DNA of 64,000 bases from Lentisphaeria bacterium (GTDB lineage: Bacteria; Verrucomicrobiota; Lentisphaeria; JABSQK01; JAWLHB01). A program made the position numbers and the translations under genes. The notes under the pieces were generated by a model. That model did no database searches, was not told the DNA's origin, and worked only from the letters and a program-made list of their open reading frames with translations. The first letter of the stretch is position 1; every line of letters begins with the position of its first letter. Where the stretch lies: positions 1 through 64,000 of the forward strand of contig JAWLHB010000023.1 in assembly GCA_041690595.1 (NCBI GenBank), given 5' to 3'. Of this stretch, positions 38,468 through 47,466 are shown piece after piece.

Positions 38468-40033
38468 TCAGGGGTTGGGCTTTGGGTCGACTGCGTGCGC
38501 GGAATTGAATGCCTGAGCGCGGCGGAGATGGTCTGAGCCCGTGTCACGCGCATTTACCCTCAGTGGCACAGCGTCGGCCGTCTCCATGTACCAGGTCAGC
38601 ATCCGCTCGCGCAACGTCATGAGCACGTCGCGATACGCTGGGTCGTCGATACGATTATCGATCTCCTGGGGATCCCGCTCCAAGTCATAGAGTTCATCCG
38701 TCTCGTAGAGCCGGCGGATGTACTTGTAGTTGTGCGTTCGCACCATGGTGGCCTTGCCGATGGAGGGCCTCTCGTCGCGGTACAACCGCAGCGTCGGCCA
38801 GTAGAGATTCTCCTCAAATGGCTCGTCGACCAGCTCGAGCCCTTTGCAGGATTCCTCTCCGTACAACCGCCCGCCCTCGGCGAAGACGGCGTCGCGGTGT
38901 TCATCGGTCTCACCGGCCAGCAGTGGCAGTAGCGAGCACCCGAAGTGTGTGTGCTTCACATCAATGCCCGCAAGGGCTTCGATGGTGGCCGGAATGTCGA
39001 CCAATTCAACCAGGGCATTCGTGATGCGCGGACAAACCGGAATCCAGGCCGGGGGCTTCAGCACGAGTGGTACCCGGACCATGCTTTCCGGGAAGACATT
39101 GTCGGCCTTCTGTACTACGCCGAAGTCGCCGGCAAAATCGCCATGGTCGGCGAAGAAGAAGACGGCGGTATCGTCGTAGAGCCCTGCCTGCTGGAGGGCC
39201 TCCATGACCATGCCATACTGGTGATCGACTTGGGCGCAAGAGCCCAGATAGGTCGCCCGCAGCTCGGCCCAGCGTTCCGGGGTCCAGTCCATCATGCCGA
39301 GAACATCCCGCATCTCCTGGTATATCGCCGGTTCGCGTTCGCGATTTTCCGGAACAGGGGCCGGTGGCGGAACCCGGCTGCGGTCGATCATGCTGAACCA
39401 GGGATCTTCAGCGGCGTAGGGCGGATGCGGATAGTGCAACGCCAGGAAAATGCAGAGTGGCTGGTCGCCATCATAGTTTTGAATAAGGTCAATCGCGCCG
39501 CGCACCATCGCCCAGTCATGGTTGGTGGACTCCCCGCGCAACGCATCACCGCCATCGAGGCGTCCCATCAGAAAACTGAAGTAGTTGTCGCTCCCTTTGG
39601 CGCCCCGCCAGTCGGGATCGATGGGGCGCGCCGACGACTTCGCCTGTTCAGTCGCCGTCGGGGTGTAGCGAACGTCGCAGTAGGCGTCGACACCGTTTTC
39701 GCCAGGCACAACATCGTTCTTGCCCCCCCACCAGACGTGATACCCGTGCGCCTTGAGCGTGCGGAGAAGCATCGGCTCGTCCGGTTGCAGCATGTGGCTC
39801 ATCGTCCGGTGTCCGCGAACGTGTGGATACCACCCCGTTAAGAAGGAACACCGGCTGGCCGTGCAACACGCATTGTGACAGACGGTCCGCGCAAAGGAGA
39901 CGCCGTCTTTCCCGATCACGCTGTCCAGGTTCGGCGTCACGGCTCCGGGAAATCCCAGGTGGCCCAGCATGTCGCCGCGCCACTGGTCGGGATTGAAGAT
40001 CACGAGGTGAGGTCTGCGTTCTGGTGTCGCCAT
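38468..40033 (-). CDS. Sulfatase-like hydrolase (choline-sulfatase-like, CxAxR variant)
   Basis: PDQWRGD, CTASRCSFLTG, YPHPPY, FADHGD, ELYDLERDPQE. Confidence 0.92.
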   Translation of the reverse strand: MATPERRPHLVIFNPDQWRGDMLGHLGFPGAVTPNLDSVIGKDGVSFARTVCHNACCTASRCSFLTGWYPHVRGHRTMSHMLQPDEPMLLRTLKAHGYHVWWGGKNDVVPGENGVDAYCDVRYTPTATEQAKSSARPIDPDWRGAKGSDNYFSFLMGRLDGGDALRGESTNHDWAMVRGAIDLIQNYDGDQPLCIFLALHYPHPPYAAEDPWFSMIDRSRVPPPAPVPENREREPAIYQEMRDVLGMMDWTPERWAELRATYLGSCAQVDHQYGMVMEALQQAGLYDDTAVFFFADHGDFAGDFGVVQKADNVFPESMVRVPLVLKPPAWIPVCPRITNALVELVDIPATIEALAGIDVKHTHFGCSLLPLLAGETDEHRDAVFAEGGRLYGEESCKGLELVDEPFEENLYWPTLRLYRDERPSIGKATMVRTHNYKYIRRLYETDELYDLERDPQEIDNRIDDPAYRDVLMTLRERMLTWYMETADAVPLRVNARDTGSDHLRRAQAFNSAHAVDPKPNP

Positions 40034-40054
40034 GTTTATCTTGCCTTTTGTCGC

Positions 40055-40456
40055 TCATTCATCGGCTTGCTCAACGCGGGTTTGTTCTCGTGGAGGCTTG
40101 ACCGGCAAGAGGAAGTGAGTGGCGTAGGCCTTCTCGATAGCGGGGTCACCGGTCTTGGAGAAGCGCAGCTCGGTCTTGGGGGCTTTGCCCCACGACCGAT
40201 AGGCGGTGAAGCTTTCCCGCAACTTGCCGTTCCGGCTGTTCCGGGTCACCGCCTTCATGATGAAGCTGATCTTCCCTAGATTGATCTTGATGGCCTTCTC
40301 GAGGTAGGGGATGCGCCCGTGGCGCCATGCTTCGTACTCCTTCTGGTCGAGGTAGCCCAGCTTCATGAAGAGATCCACGAAGGCAATATGTCCTTTCTCC
40401 CGGAGCAGCTCGCCGGTCAGGCCGAGCACTTTCTTTTCCAAGTCGTTATGGTTCAT
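40055..40456 (-). CDS. Small basic hypothetical protein
   Basis: 133-aa ORF; YEAWRHGRIPYLEK and LRFSKTG...IEKAYATH segments look like a conserved family. Confidence 0.75.
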   Translation of the reverse strand: MNHNDLEKKVLGLTGELLREKGHIAFVDLFMKLGYLDQKEYEAWRHGRIPYLEKAIKINLGKISFIMKAVTRNSRNGKLRESFTAYRSWGKAPKTELRFSKTGDPAIEKAYATHFLLPVKPPREQTRVEQADE

Positions 40457-40628
40457 CTGATTTCATCTGCTGAACGTTCCGGCTACGGCGCAAGGCTCAG
40501 CCCCTGCGTCTGATCTGGAAGATAGGGGCGAGGAATGGGATGTCAAGTTTGGTAACCCCGGGAACGCCACTCGCCTGAGTGGCTCCGGCGTTGGAGGTCG
40601 CCTAAGTCCCGTGGAATTGAGTTCGCGA

Positions 40629-40653
40629 TATGGACAATATGGACGGTATGGAC
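40629..40653. repeat. 3 x TATGGAC at 9-bp period
   Basis: Read directly from the sequence. Confidence 0.75.
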
Positions 40654-40843
40654 GACAATGAGGATGGGTCACCGGTCACCAGCTGCCTCTTCAATGGGGG
40701 CTGGGAATACATGTTGATGGCGGCTTGATACTCGGGGATATGGGTTTCATACTTTGGAATGGCAGCGTGGGTCGTGCGCGGGCGGTTTACGACTTGAGAT
40801 CACATGGTGTGATAGCAAGAAGCGGAGGGGAGGAGACGAGAAC

Positions 40844-41386
40844 ATGACGGAAGGTCTGGAGCGTGTACGCAAGCAGATCGAGCATTCGATCCTCTCCATA
40901 CGCGGCGAGAAGGTCATGCTCGACAGCGACCTGGCGAAGCTGTACGATGTGGAGACGCGGGTGCTGGTGCAGGCGGTGAAGCGCAACCTGGACCGGTTTC
41001 CGGATGATTTCATGTTCCAACTGAACGGCAAGGAGTTCGCCGACTTGAGATCACAACTTGGGACATCAAGTCAATGGGGTGGCCGGCGTAATCCGCCGTA
41101 TGCCTTTACGGAGCAGGGGGTCGCCATGCTCTCCAGCGTGCTCCGCGGCGACCGCGCGGTTCAGGTCAACGTCGAGATCATGCGGACCTTCGTGCGCTTG
41201 CGCGGCATGCTGGCCGAACACGCCGATTTGAAACGGCAGCTTGGCCAGCTCGAGAAGAAGTGCGACAGTCAGTTTCGGATTGTCTTCACCGCCATACGTA
41301 AGCTGATCGATACCCACAAGGCGGTCCCACAGCGCCGGCAGATCGGCTTCCAGAAGACGGAAGAAGGCGAGGATGGGCAGTCCTGA
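40844..41386 (+). CDS. ORF6N (KilA-N-like) DNA-binding domain protein
   Basis: [59 protein letters not shown]. Confidence 0.95.
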   Translation: MTEGLERVRKQIEHSILSIRGEKVMLDSDLAKLYDVETRVLVQAVKRNLDRFPDDFMFQLNGKEFADLRSQLGTSSQWGGRRNPPYAFTEQGVAMLSSVLRGDRAVQVNVEIMRTFVRLRGMLAEHADLKRQLGQLEKKCDSQFRIVFTAIRKLIDTHKAVPQRRQIGFQKTEEGEDGQS

Positions 41387-41438
41387 CGATCCGTAATCGG
41401 CCTCGTGCTCGTCCATTCCGGCGGTAAGGATAGACAGC

Positions 41439-43499
41439 TCAGTCATGGAACTGGATGGGGGCGCCATCGATGGTCCAGGTGGCGAGGAGGCGACCATCGG
41501 GGTCGCGACGGAACCAGAGGAGTTCGGTGAGGGCGGTGAGTTGCGGGGTGCGGATGAAGCCGTGGTCGAGGGCAGCGATGATGGTGTCCGTGCCCAGGGG
41601 TGTATCGATGCTGACGGCGAGCAGGCGTTTGCAGCCAACTCGGCGGACGGTGAGAGGCGGTGCGTCGTGTCGGCGTGGGGCGATGACGCTGAGGAGGTGG
41701 CCATTGAGGCCGGTGAGTTCGCCGATGAGGCGCGGTCGGCGATAGCTGGTGATCAGGAGCCCTTCGCGTTCATGGGCGGCTTCGATATCGCGGTCCCGGC
41801 CATACGGCCAGTGCCATTCCTTGATGTCGTGGCGAAGCTGGAAGGTGTGCGGATGATCGGGGAAGTCCTGGCTGCCTGGCCAGGCAAAGCTGAGATCGAG
41901 GCGCGCCCTTGGGCCGATGACGCGCGCCTGCCAGTCGGTATCGATGGCGATGGTGGCCTCGGGATGAAGCTGGAGCTGCCACCAGAAGGCGTGGGCGGCA
42001 TTGTCCTTGTTGATGTTGTCGATCAGGATGAGGTAGGCATCGTCGTCGCCAAGGGGAACCCAGATGAGGTCGCGCTCGGCCCAGTGACAACCTTTGAGGT
42101 GAGCAGCGTCGATCCGGGAATGGGCAAGCCGGTCGGTGGCGGCGAAGGTGGTGACGCGGCCGGAGAGCCAGTCCATCCCCCACCCCGGAGCGACGGGGGC
42201 ATAGCATCGGCCGTCGACAATCATGGTGCTGTGCTGATCTTCATCGGAGTTGTACCGGCCAGTGTCGATGGCCAAATAATCGCCGTGGGCGAAGATGGAG
42301 AGGTGGCCGGCATCGGCGTGGCGGTGGGTCTGAGACATGCGACTGCGGCCGGCGCCCTGCAGGTTGACGTAGATGGCGTCGGTGCCCCATGAGGTGCGGA
42401 GGTTGACCGTTTCGGTGCCGGGGCTATAGGTGGCAAGAGGCTGGGCGCAGGAGTCGAGCGGGGTGGCCGGAGCTTCGGCATCCCAATAGAGGAAGGCGAA
42501 GAAGAGGCTGTCGAGCGGGTCGATGGGGCAGCTTGGGTCGCCGGTCAGGTGGTGGTGCCATGGGCGGAAATCGCCGTAGGGGCGGATGGGGTGGCAGGGC
42601 CCCTGGTAGGCGGTCCAGAGGCCGCGTGCCAGGGGATCGTCAAAGCGGCGGGCGAGGAGGAGGAGGTAGGGCATCGACTCGGCGCCCTGCAGGCCGACAT
42701 CGTTGTCGTTGATGAGAAAGGAGCGGTCCGGAAAGAGGTTGGCGAGGGAGGCGGTGAGGATGCGTCGGAGGCGCGGTTCGGTGGCATAGAGGTCGGCAAA
42801 TCCGGTGAGGGCCAGTAGCTCGACGAAGGTGAACATGACGGCAAAGACGCCATGGCCGTAGCCGGTTCCTTCATAGCTGAAACCAGCTTCGTCGCAGCCA
42901 TACTTGAGGTAGCAGCGGGTGTGGTCGATCGCCTGCCGGACGACCTGTCGCCAGCGGGCATGGCCACACGCTTCCCCCCAGAGGAGAGCACAGACGGCGG
43001 CCTGAACATTGTGAGACCAGACGATGTTACCGCCACCCCCATACATGAGGTAGGTATCGCCGCTGTTGTCGTCGATGGCGATGTCATGCATGAGGGCAAG
43101 GAGTCGCCGGCGATCGTCCTCGGCCAGGTGGCCGCGGAGGATATCCGCGGCGATGGCAAGCTGGGCATGTGAATGGATGGCGCGTTTCTGGTCGGCACGC
43201 TGACGCTCCCGACTCTGGGTATCGGTGAAGGCCAGCGCCTCACGAAAGTAGGCCATGGCGCCGGCATCGTCTTCCACCAGATGGAGGAGGGCGGCGGCGG
43301 GTAACATGGGGGTATGGGAGTGCCAGCCGAGATTGCCGTGGGAGGCGCGAAAAGCATCCTCCCGCTGCCACCGCGCGACAGCTCGGGTACGCGCTGCCAG
43401 TCGCTGCCAGAGATCATCGAGGGGCGCCGTGGATGCACGCTGACGAAGGGCATCCGGATGGCGGTCGCCCAGAACGAAACTTGCGTTTGCGGCAGACAT
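41439..43499 (-). CDS. Heparinase II/III-like polysaccharide lyase family protein
   Basis: [30 protein letters not shown]...QHST motifs; no signal peptide. Confidence 0.8.
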   Translation of the reverse strand: MSAANASFVLGDRHPDALRQRASTAPLDDLWQRLAARTRAVARWQREDAFRASHGNLGWHSHTPMLPAAALLHLVEDDAGAMAYFREALAFTDTQSRERQRADQKRAIHSHAQLAIAADILRGHLAEDDRRRLLALMHDIAIDDNSGDTYLMYGGGGNIVWSHNVQAAVCALLWGEACGHARWRQVVRQAIDHTRCYLKYGCDEAGFSYEGTGYGHGVFAVMFTFVELLALTGFADLYATEPRLRRILTASLANLFPDRSFLINDNDVGLQGAESMPYLLLLARRFDDPLARGLWTAYQGPCHPIRPYGDFRPWHHHLTGDPSCPIDPLDSLFFAFLYWDAEAPATPLDSCAQPLATYSPGTETVNLRTSWGTDAIYVNLQGAGRSRMSQTHRHADAGHLSIFAHGDYLAIDTGRYNSDEDQHSTMIVDGRCYAPVAPGWGMDWLSGRVTTFAATDRLAHSRIDAAHLKGCHWAERDLIWVPLGDDDAYLILIDNINKDNAAHAFWWQLQLHPEATIAIDTDWQARVIGPRARLDLSFAWPGSQDFPDHPHTFQLRHDIKEWHWPYGRDRDIEAAHEREGLLITSYRRPRLIGELTGLNGHLLSVIAPRRHDAPPLTVRRVGCKRLLAVSIDTPLGTDTIIAALDHGFIRTPQLTALTELLWFRRDPDGRLLATWTIDGAPIQFHD

Positions 43500-43557
43500 T
43501 CGAGATCCTCCCAGAGAGCGTGGTCGAGCAGGTGTAGCCGGCAATTTGGATTTGATA

Positions 43558-43586
43558 TTGCAAAATATAATAGTCGTTGGTATAAT
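43558..43586 (+). promoter_or_regulatory. Near-consensus sigma70 promoter
   Basis: TTGCAA-17 bp-TATAAT with extended -10 TGn; TATAATAG direct repeat at 43566 and 43581. Confidence 0.8.
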
Positions 43587-43641
43587 AGCAACACAAGGCT
43601 GTCACACCAACCGCGGGTATCACGGAATGAAAGGAGAGAGC

Positions 43642-44469
43642 ATGATGTGCAAGCATGATTACAGGGCAGCGCGCGAATTCACCCTGATCGAGCTTCTGGT
43701 CGTTGTGTCCATAATTGCCATTCTGGCCTCACTGCTGCTGCCGGCGTTGTCATCGGCTCGTGAGCGGGCGCGGCGGGCGAGTTGCATGAGCAATCAGAAG
43801 CAGGTATTCCTGGCCTACCAGATGTATGTGGACGACGCAAATGGGCATGCGGTTTCGCCGCAGATATATGGCGCCTCTATGCGTTTGACCGCCAACAACT
43901 GGACGGTGGGTACGGGTTGGGTGGGGGTCGGCAATTACTTCGATGGGCCGATGAACCTCGGCGCGCTGGTGCTGGATTACACAGGCACCGTGGATCCGAT
44001 GTATTGCCCGTCGCATCCCTACAGCGGAAGCTACAAGGCCGCGGCCGAGAAAGAGTTCGACATCATTCGCCAGACTGGGCAGGCAAGCAGTTACGTGATG
44101 GGGACGTATGTGCCTCGCGCGGGAACGTGGAGCAATGCCGGGATGTGGAGCTGGCTGGACCGGGTAAGCTATTATCATCGCAACCTTGCCTCACGCTTCG
44201 ACAACAACCAGTCGGGAATGAACCTGATCCATCCCACCACTGGCGCGAAGATAGCAGAACTCAAGGCGCCGCAGGCGCTTTTCATCGATATGTTGCCGAT
44301 GACCTACTGGGGATTCAGTACGCTCAACGTCCACAAGAATGAAGGTTCGGTGGTGACCTACTGCGACGGCGTGACGAAATGGGTACCGGCACTGGCGCAG
44401 GTGGAGTTGGGGCGGACGAAAGGGTGGTACAACTACCAGTTTCTCAGCATCGGCGACACTGGCTATTGA
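43642..44469 (+). CDS. Prepilin-type N-terminal methylation domain protein (DUF1559-like, H-X9-DG)
   Basis: [67 protein letters not shown]. Confidence 0.92.
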   Translation: MMCKHDYRAAREFTLIELLVVVSIIAILASLLLPALSSARERARRASCMSNQKQVFLAYQMYVDDANGHAVSPQIYGASMRLTANNWTVGTGWVGVGNYFDGPMNLGALVLDYTGTVDPMYCPSHPYSGSYKAAAEKEFDIIRQTGQASSYVMGTYVPRAGTWSNAGMWSWLDRVSYYHRNLASRFDNNQSGMNLIHPTTGAKIAELKAPQALFIDMLPMTYWGFSTLNVHKNEGSVVTYCDGVTKWVPALAQVELGRTKGWYNYQFLSIGDTGY

Positions 44470-44472
44470 ATC

Positions 44473-45579
44473 ATGACAGTTCCGACCACCACGCTTCATG
44501 CCCTGCCCGCCCAAGTGCTGCGCACGTGCAAGCGGCTGGTGCAGTACATCTACGAGCATGATCTGGAAGCAGGTGACCGGTTGCCTCCGCAGGCAGAACT
44601 GCGCCGCCTTCTTGGCAAGAACAACTATACCCTTGGCTCAGCCATGCAGGCACTTGCCAGCCAAGGGGTGGTAGCGCGCAAGACCTGCGTCGGGACGGTC
44701 ATCCGCGATCTTGACGCGATCGGCGCCATCCCGTGGTCGGTCGGCGTGGCGACGGTGGAGGCACCGCTCGATGGGGAGTTGTCGGTCTTTGCCAATCTGA
44801 CGCTGCGGGTGCAGACAACGCTGAATCGCCTGGGCTGCCGTTGCCTCGCCTATAGTTGTCCGGCGGGTAAAGAGGTCGATCGGCTCAGGCTGTTCGGCCT
44901 GCTGCGTCACGATGTGGAGGATCAGCAACTGGACGGCCTGGTGATGCTGACGATGCTGGCACAAGACGAGTGGGCGATGCTGCGGGAGGCGCGCATACCC
45001 ATTGTGCATCTGCCCTTTTGGGAAGGTGCTCCGGGGGGCGTGGTACTCGATGAGCTGTCGCTGGTCCATGAGGCCATGGGACTCCTTGCCGGCCTGGGGT
45101 GCCGTCGTTTTGGCGTCATTTCGGTGCACCAGCCGGATTCGCGGCCTCGATTCCTGGCGGGGCTGGAGCAGGGGCTGGCGGATGCGGGACGTTCGGACGC
45201 CGATGGAGAATGGCTGGACGGCCGGTTCGGGATGGCCGCCGGGGAACGTGTGGCAAGGCAACTGCTGGCGCGACCGAAGGCGCAACGCCCGGATGGATTG
45301 ATTGTGCTGGATGACTATGTGGCTCTGGGCCTGACGAACGTGCTGGCTCAGGAGGCGGGCTATCGCCCGTCGATCGTGGCCGCCGTCAACCGCCAACTGC
45401 CCCTGCGCTTTGCCTTGCCGGTCTACCGGTACTTGATCGATCTGGACGACATGGCTCATCGGGCGGTCAAGCTGCTGCAGCGGCGGTTGCTGCGCCCGGG
45501 CCAAGCGGATGAACTGGAGCTGGCGAAGGGTGAGTTGATCACCAGCACGGCATGCCTGACAGCAACCTTGACGAGCTGA
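44473..45579 (+). CDS. GntR-HTH plus LacI-type sugar-binding domain regulator
   Basis: GDRLPPQAELRR...GTVI wHTH; RPDGLIVLDDYVALG periplasmic-binding-protein fold. Confidence 0.88.
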   Translation: MTVPTTTLHALPAQVLRTCKRLVQYIYEHDLEAGDRLPPQAELRRLLGKNNYTLGSAMQALASQGVVARKTCVGTVIRDLDAIGAIPWSVGVATVEAPLDGELSVFANLTLRVQTTLNRLGCRCLAYSCPAGKEVDRLRLFGLLRHDVEDQQLDGLVMLTMLAQDEWAMLREARIPIVHLPFWEGAPGGVVLDELSLVHEAMGLLAGLGCRRFGVISVHQPDSRPRFLAGLEQGLADAGRSDADGEWLDGRFGMAAGERVARQLLARPKAQRPDGLIVLDDYVALGLTNVLAQEAGYRPSIVAAVNRQLPLRFALPVYRYLIDLDDMAHRAVKLLQRRLLRPGQADELELAKGELITSTACLTATLTS

Positions 45580-45588
45580 GAGAGAAGC

Positions 45589-47421
45589 ATGGGGCAGAGC
45601 TGGCGGGTGGACGATCTGGGTGTCCAGGCATACGGGGATCTGTGGCTGAACCCGCGGCATGGGATTCGACCGCACGATGGTGCGGAGGTGGCGATCTGCT
45701 CCCTCTCGCGCGGCGGCTTCATGGTCATCGATCCGAAAGCACGGACGGGCATACAGGTGAAGCGGAGCGTGGAAAGAGGAGAGGGCTGGGCGATCGGTCA
45801 GGGCGGGGACGGCGTCATCTGGCAAACCGGATTCGGGGCGCGCGATCAAGTTCCGCTGCTGCGATGGGGCTGGGATTCGGAGACGAGCGAGGTGGTGAGG
45901 GAATTGCCGGGCAAGTCCTACTTCACGCTGGATGTGGGGCCGGACGGGGCAGTCTACCTGCCGGACTATACGTCCAACACACTTCATCGTTACGATCCGG
46001 CCAGTGACGAAGTCGTCTCGCTTGGTCGTTTCGATGAGTTCGGGAAGCATATCCGCACGATCTACGCAGCCGTGGACGGCTGGCTTTACGTGACCGCGGT
46101 CGATGGCCTGCAGGCGAAGGTGGTGGCGGTGAATCCGGCAACGGGAATGCGGCAGGCGTTGGAAGCGATGATGGACGGCCCGCGGCACTGGCAATACGGG
46201 CAGCTGCTCAAGGATGGCCTGGGGCGGGTGCTGATCGGCAGCAAACGCTGGGGACGGGAGTTCTGGCACGAGCTGAAGGAAGGCAGGATCATGCCGGATC
46301 CAGTGCCCCTGCCGCAACTGGCCGCGACCGCCATTCGTCAGGCAGCCACGCCCCCCAGCACCGTCACGTCCCCCCTTGCTTTCCGCGACGGGACCAGCAT
46401 TTCGCGCCTGGAAAACAGGAGCTGTGAGGTGACGGATGCGTCGGGGGAAAGCCATGTCTTCGAACTGGCTCGCGAAGAGTCGCCGCTGCGCATTTTTTCG
46501 CTGATCAGCGGTGGGGGGCGGATCTGGGGTGGCACCTTCATCCCGCTGACCCTCTTCAGCCATGATCCAGCCACTGGCGAGAGTGTGAGCCATGACAATC
46601 CGACCCGCAGCACCGGCGAGATCTATGGCATGGCCTGGGCGGCGGAGAAGCTCTTCATGGCCAGCTATACGGAAGCCAACATTACGCGTTATGAGGCTGA
46701 CCGCCCCTGTGAGCCGGAGACGAGCCGGCAGGCCAACCCCGTCCATCTTGGCAGGATGAAGGAGGCTGGTCCGCCGCTCCATCGCATCTATGGCACGGTG
46801 GTCACTCCCGACGGGATGGTCTATTTCGCCGCCAAGGGTGACTACGGGTGCGAGGACAGCGGCCTGGTGCGGATCGACCCGCGGAGCGAAGAGATCACCC
46901 GTTGGGCTTATCCGGCTACGACCTTCGGCGCGCTCTGCCATATTCCGGGGCGTGATGAGCTGCTGGTGGCCGAACGCCGGGGGGAAGAGCGGGGGTTGCG
47001 CTTCACGCGGCTCGACGCGCGACGTGGCGAGATCCTTGCGGAGCCGACGATTATCGACGACGAGGGGCAGGTGATCTCATGGCTGCCTGCCGCGGACGGG
47101 CGCGTGTACGGCCTTCATAATCACCGCGCCACCCTCTTTCTGTATGATCCGCTGGCGGAAGAGGTGGTGGACCAGGTGGCCGAGATGAAGGTTGGCGATC
47201 ACTGCTACAATGCGCTGATCGATGGACCGGACGGGCGGATCTGGGGGCTCACCAATCGCTGCGTCTACGCCGTGGAACGCGATCTTTCGCGGGTAGAGGC
47301 AATCGCGCCGTATCCAGACCATGCCGGTGGCAACTTCTACCGCTTCGGCCTGTGCAGTGGGCCGGACAAGGCGATCTACTTCGCGAATGGCACGCACCTG
47401 ATGCGGATGAGCCAAAGCTGA
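45589..47421 (+). CDS. Beta-propeller repeat hypothetical protein
   Basis: Repeated GPDGAVY/DGWLY/GGRIWG/DGMVY/DGRVYG/DGRIWG; no signal peptide. Confidence 0.78.
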   Translation: MGQSWRVDDLGVQAYGDLWLNPRHGIRPHDGAEVAICSLSRGGFMVIDPKARTGIQVKRSVERGEGWAIGQGGDGVIWQTGFGARDQVPLLRWGWDSETSEVVRELPGKSYFTLDVGPDGAVYLPDYTSNTLHRYDPASDEVVSLGRFDEFGKHIRTIYAAVDGWLYVTAVDGLQAKVVAVNPATGMRQALEAMMDGPRHWQYGQLLKDGLGRVLIGSKRWGREFWHELKEGRIMPDPVPLPQLAATAIRQAATPPSTVTSPLAFRDGTSISRLENRSCEVTDASGESHVFELAREESPLRIFSLISGGGRIWGGTFIPLTLFSHDPATGESVSHDNPTRSTGEIYGMAWAAEKLFMASYTEANITRYEADRPCEPETSRQANPVHLGRMKEAGPPLHRIYGTVVTPDGMVYFAAKGDYGCEDSGLVRIDPRSEEITRWAYPATTFGALCHIPGRDELLVAERRGEERGLRFTRLDARRGEILAEPTIIDDEGQVISWLPAADGRVYGLHNHRATLFLYDPLAEEVVDQVAEMKVGDHCYNALIDGPDGRIWGLTNRCVYAVERDLSRVEAIAPYPDHAGGNFYRFGLCSGPDKAIYFANGTHLMRMSQS

Positions 47422-47466
47422 AGTAGCAGGCTTGAAAAGCATTCCGTGGTCCCCTACTCTATCGGC

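Noticed and set aside
31663..40653. CRISPR array among the short repeats
   Set aside because: Repeats are 8-11 bp tandem units with no spacers, and there are no cas genes.
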